A stretch of DNA of 61,277 nucleotides, filler included. It is 10 parts of 10 records of this genome, joined end to end, with 100 filler letters (N's around TTAATTAATTAA, not from the genome) between each part and the next. Parts side by side here need not be neighbours in the genome. Positions count along the whole stretch, not along the records: positions 35,846 to 44,202 come from SRR7504441_5995; positions 44,303 to 49,793 come from SRR7504441_5997; positions 49,894 to 52,911 come from SRR7504441_6001; positions 53,012 to 57,378 come from SRR7504441_6003; 6 more parts are not named here. One strand, 5' to 3'. Positions 42,718 through 55,044 of the stretch are shown piece by piece (the first letter of the stretch is position 1; the number at the start of each line of letters is the position of its first letter). The notes below the pieces were generated by a model. It worked only from the letters and a program-made list of their open reading frames with translations, searched no databases and was not told the origin of the DNA. The position numbers and the translations under genes were made by a program.

Positions 42718-43314
42718 TCACGTCGAAATCAAAAACAGCACGAAGTACCGGTAGTTCCGCCGGGCGATGCAGTTGCCCACCCACGGGCAGTGATGGTCAA
42801 ACACCTCGACACAGTTGTCGCAGTCGCTGCAGTGGTGGCAGCGCGGCGGTCGGTAGATGTGACACGTCTCGCAGTACCGCCACCGCTCTGTGGTGCCGTC
42901 CTCTAGTTTGTTGGTGATAATCCGGGGGCGTCGGGTGGCGCTCGGGGCCTCCCGCGGGATCACCCCCGGGTCGCACGCGTGGCAGACTGTCAACGTGCCT
43001 AGCATCGACACCAGGCCGACCAGCGCTACGAGCACGCACCACCAATACCCGGCGCCGCGGGACACTAGCCCGGGGCATACGAAGCCCAGGAAGAGCAGGG
43101 TTGGGACCGCTATCAGGCTGCAGGTCACCAGGAACGGCACCGTCTCCGGGCCGGCCATCAGGCTGCCTTTGCAGTAGAACTTATTCTTCCCGGGCCATAG
43201 CAGCCAGCGGGCGACTGCCCCGGTGAGCTGGACCTCGTCCCCGCCGTCCGGGTCGTCCGGGTCCGACGGCGACAGCGAGCTGTGCATCACATGCGGGGCC
43301 GGGTCCGACGACAT
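42718..43314 (-). CDS. DHHC palmitoyltransferase (ERF2/ZDHHC9-like), C-terminus apparently short
   Basis: [11 protein letters not shown], two TM helices, [52 protein letters not shown]. Confidence 0.85.
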   Translation of the reverse strand: MSSDPAPHVMHSSLSPSDPDDPDGGDEVQLTGAVARWLLWPGKNKFYCKGSLMAGPETVPFLVTCSLIAVPTLLFLGFVCPGLVSRGAGYWWCVLVALVGLVSMLGTLTVCHACDPGVIPREAPSATRRPRIITNKLEDGTTERWRYCETCHIYRPPRCHHCSDCDNCVEVFDHHCPWVGNCIARRNYRYFVLFLIST

Positions 43315-43474
43315 GCCAATGCCGGTTGCCTACACGTAGACTGCCATCGGCCTTCAATCGGCCTTGCCGTTGGCCAACCAACGGAAACAACTCCAGCGCC
43401 AGAGGACAGCACGCCAGCTCGCAGGCTGTCCCAGCTCAAGCCCGGGGCATACGAGCTCCAGCCTGCTGCTTCGC

Positions 43475-44202
43475 ATGTGCTTTGAGTCCGCCAGGTGGCT
43501 GCTGGTGCTGCTCGCGGTCCGGTGGGGCGACGGCGGAGCTCCTCCGGGCAGCTGCGGACAGCAGCTCCCAGTCCCGGCCTGTCCCGACGCCCAGCCGAGC
43601 TGCCGCCAGCCCGACCGCCCGGCGAGCGCCGCCGTGTGCCTCGGGCGGTGGTCTGACGTGCTCTCGGCCGAGTTGCTGGCGGACGTGACCGACCTGGCCC
43701 TGCGCAGCGAGCTGCGGGACACCTACAGGTGGGACCTCCGGGGCAGCCCACGCAACACGTTCGAGAGGGCGGTGGCGGTGGTGGCTGGCCGGCTGGGTCT
43801 GGCAAGGCCGGGGCTTTTCTTTGTGGAGTATTGGCACAAGCAGGGGCTGCCGGCGGATAACTGGCACTTTGACAGCGACGAGCACCAGGAGGATTGCGCC
43901 TCGATGCCCTGGCTGAGCACCATCCTGTATCTGGACGGGCGCGGACCGCCCACGCTGCTGCTCAGCAAAACGCTCAGTGACATCCCATTTGCCTCGCCCA
44001 GCTCAGGGCCGGCCAACCGGACCAGCTTCATCTCGTGGCCGGCCGCCAACCACCTGCTCGTGTTCAGCGGTGACCTCGCCCACGGGGTGCTGCTTGATGG
44101 CTCCTTGCCGCCCGCCCCGGGGCTCCGGCCTATCCTGCTGATCAACTTCTTTGCCAACCGACCGGTCGACGGACTCGAACTCCCTGCGAGCCAGATCCGG
44201 GC
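43475..44202 (+). CDS. 2-oxoglutarate/Fe(II)-dependent oxygenase-like protein (3'-truncated)
   Basis: VEYW, WHFDSDE (HxD), LSTILYL, LLVFSGDLAHGV (distal His), RPILLINF. Confidence 0.75.
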
Positions 44203-44302
44203 NNNNNNNNNNNNNNNNNNNNNNNNNNNNNNNNNNNNNNNNNNNNTTAATTAATTAANNNNNNNNNNNNNNNNNNNNNNNNNNNNNNNNNNNNNNNNNN
44301 NN

Positions 44303-47300
44303 CTTGGCTTGAGCCCGGGACAGTTCCAAGTTGTCTGTCTTCTGAGCCTTGTAAGACTCACCAACCTCCATGGCCTTCACCCGATCCTTCTGCTCGGCGT
44401 CCTGGCTAGCTTTAATTGCCGCGGTTTTGGCGGTGATTTTGCTCTCGGCCTCCTTCAGCTCTTCACTGACCAGCGCCAGCTTTGCCTTTGTTCGCTTGGT
44501 GTCATCAAGTGCTTGAAGTTGGGTCGCCTGGGCATTGCTGGCAAGGTCATTCGCGCCGTCAATTTTGGACTTGGCAGCCTGCAGCGCAGACTCCTTATCC
44601 TCAATCTCTTTGGTGAGCGCGCTGCTATCGTTCTCGGCCTTCTCGATTCCCTGTTGCTTCATCTTTTGTTCACTCTCGGCGCCAGCGGTGGCAGCCTTCG
44701 CCTGGGCCAGCGCCTTCTTCGCTGCCGCATCTCGGGTCTGGTCATTCTTGCTAGCCTTCACAGTTGACTTCAGCTTCGCTTTAAGCCGCTTCTGCTCCCT
44801 GGTGGCAGACTCAACCTTTCCTTTCTTGGCGCTCGCATCTGCCTTCAGCCGATCGGCCTCAGCAGTCAGGGCTCCAAGCCGGCTGGCTTGCTCCCGGACC
44901 TTGCCCTGGATCGCACCAGCCAGCACTGCCCGCTTCTCGGCCTTGGCAGTCGCCTGGGCCAGCGGTGTCGCCTGCGCCTCGAGAGCCGCCTCCTCGGCCT
45001 CCAGCTTCGCAGCCTGTGCCTTCTCGTCCTCAGTCAGCTTCTGCTTCTCTGCCCGCTTCCGCTCAAGTGCCTTCTTTGCAGCCTTGATCTCCGCCAACCG
45101 CCGATCAATCTGTGCCTTGAGTTGGCTCTTCTGCTCACCAGACTTTCCGAGCGCATCGTTGGAGCTCTTGAGCCTGGACTCGAGTTGCTGAAGCTTGTCC
45201 TGGAGCACCTTGATGATCCTCATTCGCTTGACCGACTTGAGCTTGAGCAGAGTGAGCTGGGCCTGCTTCTCCTTGACCACTTGTTTGGCCGCCTGCATCT
45301 TCCACTTGAGGGTCTCTGCTGCTTTATCCTCAACCGCCTGCAGCTCCTGTTGGAGTGCAGTCTTCTGCTGAGTGAGCTTGGCCAGCTCGGCCTCCACGCG
45401 AGACTCTTCGTCCCGCATGTCCCGGATCTGCTGAGTCAGCTTGGCCAGCTCAGCCTTCCGTTGATCGAGAGTCTTGCCCTCCTGGTCTGCCATTTTCTGT
45501 ATCTCGCCCTTCTTTGCAGTCAAGTGCTTGGCGAGCGCAGCCTCCTGGTTCTCGAGCTCAGTCTGTTTGGCCTTGCCCATCTCGATCGCCCGCTTGTTCT
45601 TCTCGGCTGACACTTGCATCATCAGCCCAGCCGCTTTGGCGGCATCGAGCGACTTGGTTTCAGCAAGCTTGATCTCCTTCTTGAGATCGTCGATCTTCTT
45701 CTTGGCAGCCTCCTCCCTGGCCTGGCCAGTCTCCTCGCTCGAGGCAGTCAGCCGCTTGAGCTCGGCAGTGCTGGCCGCCGCTTGGTCCTTGAGCGACTTG
45801 ATCTTATCGTTTGAGGTCTGCATCTCGTTTTTAAGCCGACCGGAGTCTTGTGCAAACTTGCTGGCCGCCCCCTCCTTGGCCTGGGCCTGGGCCTGCTGCA
45901 GCGACTGGAGGAAGCCAAACTTCTTCTTGACTTCCGCCAGCTTCTTGGACGCGGCCTCGTGAGCCGAGTTCAATACAGTCATCTGCTCGCTCAAATGAGA
46001 GACTTTGCCTTTTAGCGCATCGAGGGCCCCTGTGTCGATCTCCGTGCGCATGGCCTCCCTGAGCTCGCCCATCTTGGCCTCCTTACTAACGAGCTCCTTC
46101 TTGGCCTCCTCGCGCTGCTTCTTCAAGTCTGTGAGCTTCTCAGCCAATCTGGCAATGTCGCCTTCCTCGGCCTCACGCTTGCTCTCAGTCTCCTCGGCCA
46201 TGTTCTCCAGCTTGTCTGTGGCCTCGGCCACCATCGTCCCGACCTTCTTCCACTTGGCCCCGGCCACTTTGGCTTTGCTCAGCTTGGTCTCTGCTGTCCC
46301 GAGTTGATCCGCAAGCTGCTTCACCTGCTCCGACATCACTGTCACTTTGCCCTTGGCCTGCGCGACTTCCAGAGCCTGCCTCGCGCTCAGCCCCAGCCGG
46401 CACCCGGCACCGCACCTTGCCGGCGCTCCGCTTCCGAAGCTCCTCGAGCTTTTTGGTCTTCATAGCCACCATCCCCTTGGTCTTGGTTGTCTCAGCCTCA
46501 GTCTGCGCCGCCTCAGCGGCCAGCGTTTTCGTCTTGAGCTTCGCGTGCTCCATCCGAACCCGGGCGCTGTCGCTGGCGCCACGGGCTTTTGCGATGGCTT
46601 TGTCGGCCTCGTGAAATTTCTCCTCTTCAGCCACAACCTGAGAGCGCGGGTCGGCCAGGCACACGCTTTGGTTCACCTCAGCTCGTAGCTTCTTGGTCTT
46701 CTCGCGCATCGGGCCCTGCTTGTTGAACACGTCCTCCGAAGCCTTCTGCAGCTCGGGGATGCTCTTTGCAAGGTCTCTGGCCTGCTTCTCCTTGGCCTCT
46801 GCCTGCTTTGTCACTCGCGCGATCTGCGAAGCGAACTTGGAGTGCAGCGTGTCGGCCACCTCGGTCGTCTCGGTGCCCACGCTCTCCAGCTTGGCCATCT
46901 GCGCATCCATGTCTTGGAGCTTAGCGTTGTGCGACCCTGGACGCAGCTCGGCAACCGGCGCCACCAGCGGCTTACCAATCCGCTTGAGGGCGGCCTCCAT
47001 CTTGAGATCCACGGCCTTCGAGGCCTTGGTCATCTCGGCGATCCGCTCCCGCATCACGGCCTGCTTGGAATCTAGCTGCTTCTTGTGTCGCTGCCCGCCG
47101 GCTCGCCCCAGTCGCCGCCCGGCCACGCACCCTGAGCATCGCCTTCCGCTTGTCGATCTCACCGTTGATTGCCTTCTGCACCTTCTTCTGCCGGGCCATC
47201 GCCGCCTGCGCCCGGTGAGCCCCCCCCCCGCGCCGCCTGCCCACCTGCTGCTGGTTGGACAACTCCCGCCGGATATCTTCGAGGTGCGCCTGCCGCAAGC

Positions 47301-47758
47301 TAAGCCCGACCCCGGCCTTAAGTTCCACCTCCACTTTGGTCCGCCGGGCGGCCGCCTGCTCGGCCTCCTTCTGCCAGCCCTTGATCCCGCCTTCGAACGC
47401 GGCCCGTTGCTTAGCGATCGAATGGCCCTTGCGCTCCAGCCCGTCCACCGCATGCTGGGCAGCCACAACCTGCCACCGGCCGGTCAGCCGGCTGGCTCGC
47501 CGGCAGGGCGGGCACCTTGTCTTGGAGGCTCTTGAGCGACGGGGTCGGGTCTGTGCGACGGGGGGTGAGCGCCGGCCGGCTGGGCCGGGGCCCACCTTGC
47601 TGCAGCAGCTCCAGGCTGTCCAGGGCCACCACCTCGCCCTCTGCGGCACCAACCGGCTCAGTCTGGGCCTCCCCCGGGCGGCACGCACCCACGCTCGCCT
47701 CCGCGGTCTGCCCGGCGAGGAGCGTGAGGCCAACTAGGCCAGCAAGAATCGCAGAATG
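44303..47758 (-). CDS. Long K/A/E-rich coiled-coil protein with signal peptide, several short introns (3'-truncated)
   Basis: MHSAILAGLVGLTLLAGQTAEA signal peptide; consecutive ORFs in shifting frames; 696-aa coiled-coil terminal exon. Confidence 0.65.
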
Positions 47759-48189
47759 CATTGCGATTTTGTCGATTTATGTCCAACGGGTTCCAATATT
47801 ATTTCAGAATTCGCTTTTGCTGCGCTGGGGCGGCGGCTCAGGCGGTCCGGCCGTCGGACATTCTGCCCGGCATCCGCAGCCCGGCTTCGAGCGAGCATCA
47901 CATGTACTCCCCGGGCCGGCTCGGGCACACACACCCCAGTCGGCCAAACCAGCCGCCCCCCCCGCCTCTGGCACCCTTCGACCCTTGCCCGATTATTAGC
48001 CGCGCCACTGCGCTGGCACGGCTCGGCCACGCTCGGCCGGTGGCTCCGGTTGCGGAAGGTGTTCACAGAGCTCGCTCGAGCGAGCTCTGCTGCATACGAT
48101 GAGAACCAAGCTCGGAACAACCTTATACCACTGGCGAGCTAAACGCATTTGGGATCAGTACTAGTATTTGCAATATGATTAATTACGAA

Positions 48190-48961
48190 TCAACTATTGG
48201 CCATCCGCTCATAAAGGGAGGACAAAGACTCTGGAGAGGCCTTGCTCCTTGACCGCGAGTACATTGCGGCTAGAGCTGCCAGCAAGCACACCGTAGCGGC
48301 CACCATGCACCAAAAGCCACTGCTAGGGATAGTGAGCAATCCCAAATCCACACCCTCAAACTGGGTCAAGGAAGCCATGTCGTCTACCGCGTTGCTGATC
48401 GAAACGTGCGGCTTGATCCAGCATGCCCACGATGCCACGCTACAGACCGCTGCCGCCCCTGTGGTGATCGTGCCGACCGTAGAAGACGTGAATAGGGAGA
48501 CCAGCCCCAGCACAGCGCAGCCCAGAGTGACGGCGGTGAACGCCAGCGAGGCGGTGCCGAAGTGGTCGCAGTCCGCCAGGGCGTCCTTGAGGTCGGACAG
48601 GAGCCCCTGCGGCGGGTGCGACCCGTCGATCTGGTCGAGCAGATGCTTGTACGAGGTCCAGTTGCCGCTCTGATCGATCTTGGGCCCGTGCGGGTCATGG
48701 CTGAGCTCGAGCTGCTCCTTCGCCCTCAGAAGCCCGAAGTGCGCCCGCCCGCTCCCTACAGAGACTGTCCTTCCTAGTACCTGCACACTGGCCGTCAGCC
48801 GCCGCGCCAGCCGCCTGGCTCGCCGAAGCTGTGGGGGAGGCCGAGACGTAGCTCCATTCGATCATCGTCCCGTAGACCCCGCAGAGGGCCACCACGCTCA
48901 GCACCGTCGCCAGCCCGTTCCCAGCTAGCAGCACGCGCGTCTCCGTCTTGTCGAACGCCAT
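48190..48961 (-). CDS. Four-transmembrane protein (claudin/amastin-like topology), 1 intron
   Basis: TM1 (LATVLSVVALCG), W...HFGL loop, Cys before TM2, and three further hydrophobic helices. A 43-nt GC-AG intron joins the 48695-48961 and 48190-48786 frames. Confidence 0.55.
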
Positions 48962-49012
48962 CGCAGCGCACTGGACGGGCGAGTAACGGAATTCTCGAGC
49001 CTCTCAGCCACC

Positions 49013-49793
49013 ATGATGCGAGCGTTAGCGGGTGGGCCTCGGAGGCTGGGCCGGATGGTCGTCGTACCGACGCGCAGCTGCGCCACGGCGAGCCCCCCGC
49101 GGGTGGGCGTGTTGGGCTGGATCGGTCGGGGGGTCCGGGTCGGGCTGCTCGGGACGGGTGGGCTCTGGTGGCTCAGCACGCTCGGATCGCTGCTGCTCAC
49201 GCTTCGAGACCCGGATCGGCTGCTCCACGAGCTGCACGTGCCGTCCCGCCTCGGGGCCCGCCGAGCCCGGGGCGCAGGAGGAGGAGCAGGAGGATCTGTT
49301 GCTCGAGCGGTATTACAACACCGCGCCGCACGCGCTCTCCTCCGAAGGGTGGCCGGCCAAGTTGGGGCGAGGCTGACGCGGTGATAGGTGCGCAGCGTGC
49401 AACGAGATGGAGGCCAAGGAGGTCACAGTCGCCCGGCTGTACCAGTACCTCTGCCGCAGCCCGCTGGTCCGGAGGGAGCTCGGTGACCTGTCCAGGTCAC
49501 GGCCGGGCGAGTGCCGGCTGCAGGCGAGATGCCGATCATGAGGCTGGTTCACGCCCCGCTGCGCCCGGACGGCCCGGACGAGGACCCGCACGGTGCTGTG
49601 CTGCCCACGGTTCCGGCTGATTGGAGGGGGCAGGCGGGTACGGGTGGCGTGCTGCTGTCGGACTCGAGTCGAGACAGAAGGACGCGCACTGGCTTGTTGA
49701 CTTCTGGGCGGCGCAGGACCAGGCCTCGGGCGCGTGGGTGCCTACAAGCGTCTCGCTCTGGCGGCTGGAGAGGAAGGGGCAGTGCATTGCGGC
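49013..49793 (+). CDS. Hypothetical single-TM protein with mitochondrial-like presequence (3'-truncated, introns)
   Basis: Arg-rich acid-free N-terminus and one hydrophobic segment; downstream exon pieces are separated by about 40-nt GT..AG stretches. Confidence 0.45.
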
Positions 49794-49893
49794 NNNNNNN
49801 NNNNNNNNNNNNNNNNNNNNNNNNNNNNNNNNNNNNNTTAATTAATTAANNNNNNNNNNNNNNNNNNNNNNNNNNNNNNNNNNNNNNNNNNNN

Positions 49894-50623
49894 CTTCAAC
49901 TGCACAGCCTCCTCCTCCTCTGCTCTCCGCTGTGTAGCCTCCTCCTCCTGCGCTGCCTCGTCGTCCGACATGCCCTGGATCACCCGTTCGATGTCATTCT
50001 TCTCCACCCCCTCGAATGCGTCCTTGTCGGTGACCATCTCGACCTGCTTGGCAAACTCCCGGTCCTGCTGCCGCCTGTCCAGTGGCTCCTGCAGCGCCGC
50101 GTGCGCATTCAGCGCCTGCCCACATATCGGCCAGCCCAGCCCGCAGGCCCCACCTCCACCCACGCCTGCATCTCCTGAGTGCTGTAAGCCCGCAGCGTGA
50201 CGGCCTCGAGCTCCTGCCCAGCAGTTTGGCCACTGGCACGGCTGGGCGCACCTGGCGTGAATCGTCGGTGACCATGACGCTGAACGTGAGGCTCTTAGGA
50301 TCGTCCGCCGGCGCGCCAGCCCTCTTGAAGCTGGAGTACTTTTTCTTGAGTGAGGACTTGTCTTCGCCGAAGTAGGATAGGGCACCCGAGTTGGAGAGTC
50401 GAAACCAGCGCCGCTGGAACTTGCCGCCGGTTGTCATCCCCAGCACAGTCTTCTCGCGGCTGCGCTTCTCGAGAAAGCCGACCTTGCCCCACACTCGGCG
50501 GGCGGCCTCTTCCTGCTCCTTCTGGGCGGCCTCTTCCTGCTCCTTCTGGATCTGGCTCAGCTGGTCGATCGTGACCTCGCCGCCTGTGTCCAGGTTGCGG
50601 ATCACAAGCTCCGGCTCTTCCAT
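49894..50623 (-). CDS. PH-domain protein (3'-truncated)
   Basis: KVGFLEKRS...KFQRRWFRLSNSGALSYFGEDK...SLTFSV, then after an intron VTLRAYSTQEMQAWVE (PH C-terminal helix). Confidence 0.75.
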
Positions 50624-50827
50624 CGCACGCTTCTTAGCTAGCTCTTGCTGCACTCCCGGTGGGCTGCGCCAGCAGGATGAGCTGGCAACGGAACTTTGAC
50701 CGCGTCCTCACCACTGCCACGGGCTGCCAGGTCTGGTTTTGGAGCTCTGGGCCTCGGGCGAGCCGCGTTGTGCCGCATCTCAGGACGGCCCAGCGTGCCC
50801 GCTGTGCCCGAACCAACGCGGGACGAG

Positions 50828-52099
50828 ATGGACGCACCAGCTGGGGGCACCAGCACCAGCCAGGCCGATCCGGGAGGCCGAGACGGGGACGCTCCAGAGC
50901 AGATGTCTCAGCTGCATGAGGTTTGCGGACAGGGCACGCTGACTGTACTAAGCGGGGCGCGCAGCTTCACAATGCCATGCGTCGCCGGATCGTCGCGTTC
51001 GCCGAGGAATCGGCCCGCGATATCATGACGGCAGACGGACTGTTTACGTCGGTCCCCGAGGAGATCGCCAGGCTGCAGAGCCTCCTCAAGCAGCAGACCA
51101 AGCAGCTCGAGGCCGAGTCCAACGACCGTACCGAGCTAGCGCGCCAGCTGCAGGCAGCCGAGAAGAAGCTGGGCGCGTCGCAGGACATGAAGGCAGCCCT
51201 GGAGACTGAGCTGGCAGAAATCGCCTCTGAAATGGAGGAATCGCGACAGAGCCAGCTGAAGCAGCTGGCACTGCTGAAACAGCAACAGGGAGCTTCGAGC
51301 CTTCAGCATGCTTCAGCGCTGCGAGAGTCGATTGAAAAGCACCAGCGCGAAACCGAAACGCTCAAAGCCAGTCACGCCTCTATCATGGTCGGTAAGTGGA
51401 GCGGCCGATTTCGATTTGTGTGCAGGCCGACCTCAAGCAGCATGCCGCCCAGTCCGAGGCAAGAGCTACAAATCTCGACCAATCGCTAGCCACAGCTCAG
51501 AGTAAGCTAGCCAAGCCTTACCTATCAACCGCTGGAGCAGCTGAGCAGCCTACTCATGCCCGGCTCAGGTGAAGCCAGAGCAGCGAATGTGCTTCAAAAG
51601 AAAGCCGACGACCTCGAGGTTTGCCTCCTGGTGCCCCCGAGATCATCGCATGTGCCGGTCAGTCGAGGCTCATCCAGTCGGAAGCGAAGATTTCTCAGCT
51701 GGCGAATGAGCTTGTGAGCGAGAAACTCAAAGCCCAGTTTGAAAGCTCTCGTATGCAGCGCATGCCGCGCTCAGTCCATTGATTATCGTGCAGGAGGCCA
51801 TGCTGACATCTCCTCCCTTCAGCAGGAGCTAACCCAGGCGAAACAAAAAATGTCGCAGGATCGTAAAACATTTGAAGCACGCATCCTTGCCATCACGGTC
51901 TAGTCACAGAGCACCTGATCTGATCGACCTTTCACAGGCAACGCCAGTGCAAACCAGCAACGATGGTGAGATAGCCCTCCTGAAGCGAAAGATCAAAGCC
52001 CAAAAGGTAAAGATATCACGCCTGGCTGGAGTCGCAGGCCTGGCGGCAGTTTTCGCTCGAGACCCTCAAGTTGCAGCTAGACACCCATCAACAGGGTAA
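50828..52099 (+). CDS. Hypothetical coiled-coil protein, several introns; 3' end approximate
   Basis: EIARLQSLLKQQTKQLEAE...ELAEIASEMEESRQ heptads, continued by short exon pieces. Confidence 0.45.
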
Positions 52100-52486
52100 G
52101 AAAAAGAAACCTAAGCGGTAGATCGCGCTCTCTTTTCTCTGCCCAGCGCTACACGCTACTTAGAGCGTTTGCTACATTTGCCAGCCAATATGCAACAACA
52201 CTGGACCGTACGTACAATCAATATCATGCCTTTAGCCGGAAGATTTGCTCTTTACACATCTAGACTTTATACTATTCGTTGTCGCTGCAAATGAGGGGGC
52301 TTAAATCTATAAGCCGTTTGAATCATAGATGGCTCTAGTTGCGTTTCAAATTCATGGCGAATTGATAAGAGGCCTTAATTACGCGTACTTGTACATGATT
52401 GTCGCTCTCGAGTAGATCGTGACATTGTCGCGGCTTGATTGTAGCTCGACTGCAGCTTGACCGCAGCTTTAGACCACTAGCTGATA

Positions 52487-52911
52487 TCAACGGTCCTGTG
52501 GAAAGTTTAGTCCCGGCTGTAGTCCCGGCTGCTTGCTGCCTTGATCAATGCCATCAAGTCGCACTCGCGTGGCTGGCTTCTCCTCCGTAGCTGGCTGAGT
52601 TCGTTTGCGCGTGGCCAGTGGCGGGGTCGCAGGTAGATGTCTGGGTTGCAACTGCTTGCACAGCTCGCATGTCACCACATGCTCACGAACGTCGTCTTGA
52701 TGAGACTCTTGTGCATCTTGAGCAACCTGTGCATCATTGATACCGACGCCTGGACCACCGAGCTGAGATCCGTATCGAGCGCAGCTGTAATTGTACTCTG
52801 CGTGATGCTTAGCGATGGCCTGCTCCTTGCGCTGCATCTGTTTCTGGTTCTCAAGCACTTCGTCTCTCAGATCGGGCGGGAGCGCCTCCAGGAAACTCGG
52901 GTCCACTCCCG
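52487..52911 (-). CDS. C-terminal fragment with a ubiquitin-binding motif (UBM/DUF4414-like), 5'-truncated
   Basis: GVDPSFLEALPPDLRDEVL motif at the contig edge. Confidence 0.6.
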
Positions 52912-53072
52912 NNNNNNNNNNNNNNNNNNNNNNNNNNNNNNNNNNNNNNNNNNNNTTAATTAATTAANNNNNNNNNNNNNNNNNNNNNNNNNNNNNNNNN
53001 NNNNNNNNNNNACCACCCCCAACACTTCCACACTGCTGCCGCCCATCCCCAGCTCCAGAGCACGCAGCCGAC

Positions 53073-53687
53073 ATGAACACGAGCAGCTGCGCAGACCGGC
53101 TGACGATCCCAGAGGAAGCAGACCTCCCCGCGCTGGCCCTGGTCAAGGCACTGGCGTTCGCGGAAAAGTCCTGGAAATCGCCGGAGGACACAGCGCGCGA
53201 CTCCGTGGCGGTGCTAACCGAGTACCTCCGGAGCGGCAAGCTGGCGCACTGTCGGGCGTACAAGGACGAGCAGGGGCGAGTGCTCGGGGCAGTGCAGATC
53301 CAGCTCGAGGGGCACGGTGGCGACCTCGAGCTCCCTGGATGGATGCGCCACCAGCCCCATCCGGGCGAGGCGTACGTCGAATGGATCGGCTGCCACCCCG
53401 AGGCGAGCGGCAGGGGCATCGGCACCCTGCTGCTGGACTGGGCGGACCGGCACGCGCGCAGGCATGGGGCCCGGTCGATCAGCTTGGATGTAATGGGTCA
53501 GAACGCGGGCGCTGTGCGGCTTTACGAGCGGCGAGGCTACAGCGTGATCGAGGAGGAAGCTAGCGGTATCAACCGGCTGGTCGACCGGGTCGTGACCGGG
53601 ATCGCTCTCTGGTCACTGCTAGGATGTCGGTACTGGTCGGTGGTGCGCATGAGCAAGCGACTGCATCCTGTGGCATCACCCGCTTGA
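53073..53687 (+). CDS. GNAT-family acetyltransferase, intronless
   Basis: AYVEWIGCHPEASGRGIGTLLL (motif A) and SLDVMGQNAGAVRLYERRGY (motif B). Confidence 0.88.
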   Translation: MNTSSCADRLTIPEEADLPALALVKALAFAEKSWKSPEDTARDSVAVLTEYLRSGKLAHCRAYKDEQGRVLGAVQIQLEGHGGDLELPGWMRHQPHPGEAYVEWIGCHPEASGRGIGTLLLDWADRHARRHGARSISLDVMGQNAGAVRLYERRGYSVIEEEASGINRLVDRVVTGIALWSLLGCRYWSVVRMSKRLHPVASPA

Positions 53688-53832
53688 GCGACAGACCCTC
53701 GTTGCAAAACCCTCCGAGCCCACACATTAGAGCGTTTGCCGTGTTAAAATAAAACAGTATATTCTTCAACATCTGGCGAGTTTGAATAAGTGGCGTAACT
53801 ATGGCATAGTAATCAATGGACAGTTTGTGTAC

Positions 53833-55006
53833 TCAGAGAGCCGGCCCGCCTATTGCTGCAATCATCTGTCTGACGCCATGCATTTGCGCCCCACTCTTGA
53901 GCGCATAGTCGGTACCGCTCTGAGCATATCCGTCCCAGCAGCCCGACAGAGTCTCGGTCGTGCCACCGTGCGGCTGGATACGTGGAAACACAATCGCGAT
54001 GTTGTTTGCCTCCCCCCAGCGCTGGAATCCGAGGTGGTGCACCGCCTGGTCATAGTACCCGTCCACTCCACAGCCATGCAGCGAGAAATGCAGCTTGCAC
54101 GCCCGCGTGCCATCGCGGCATCCGCTGGGCACGTAAACCTGGCCTTACGTAAGCAGCATGCAAGACAGGAGTAAAAACCTGGCCTTCTGGAGCAAAACCA
54201 GTCACATGTGGCATGCTCCGGTTGTAAACATCAGTCCCATTGTTGTCTCGTGTCATGAACGGTCTCTGGTCAAACCCGCTCAGCAGCTCGGGCCGGGCAT
54301 CTACTGGGTCGGCCAGCGTCCCGTATATGTGGCTCAGTGCAGCGCCCGGTCCGTCGTACCCACAGGCCTCGATCACACCGCTCCCACAGGGCTGGCCATA
54401 ACTCTCGGTAGGCCAGGCGTGCGCGCTGGGCGTGGTGGCGTTGAAGAGCACCCGGCTGCCCAGTGCCCCGAAGAAGGTGACAGAGTTTTCCACAGACCCC
54501 TTCAAGTAGCAGCTGTCCTTGGTCCCGCGATACAAGTACACCGGCGTGCCTCGCAAGTGGTCCAGTGGGTCAATTGTACCGGCCGCGCTCTGCCGCCTGG
54601 CGTACTCGAGCAGCTCAGTCACGTTCACCCGCTCGGGGTGCCGCTTGCAGTGATCGTAGGTCACCACCTGTCCGGCTGGGCAGTTCTCGCAATACGGCAC
54701 GTCTGGGGAAGGGGCCCGAGCGGTGCAGCCGGGTCGATGCCCGTCATCGTCGGTGCCGTGGCACGGGCTGACCAGCGGGTCCCCGACGAACCTGTGCACC
54801 GCGCAGTGGTAGGGTTGTCCGGCGAACACGCCCACCCCGGAGAGAACCGAGGAGAACGCCACCTGGAACTGGACTGCGAAGTCGGCCCCACTGCTGATTC
54901 CCGAGAGTGAGACCCCGCCCGGGTCGATCCTTAGCCTGGGCAGCGGCCGGGCCAGCGCCACGGCCCCCAGTACCTCGAGCAGCAGCACAGCGCTCAGCCT
55001 CCCCAT
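53833..55006 (-). CDS. Secreted poly(3-hydroxybutyrate) depolymerase-like esterase, 1 intron
   Basis: Signal peptide; SLSGISSGADFAVQFQVAFS..L.GVGVFAGQPYHCA; YLYRGTKD; SAHAWPT; CGYDGPG; then VYVPSGC...CKLHFSLHGC...WGEANNIAIVFP...GCWD. The 40-nt intron at 54139-54178 restores the frame. Confidence 0.85.
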
Positions 55007-55044
55007 TGTTTTTTTTCCGGCGCAGCTTCAGTCCGGATTCAGTG

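Noticed and set aside
47779-48142. Possible small spliced gene between two minus-strand genes
   Set aside because: GT..AG segments exist, but no convincing product emerges.
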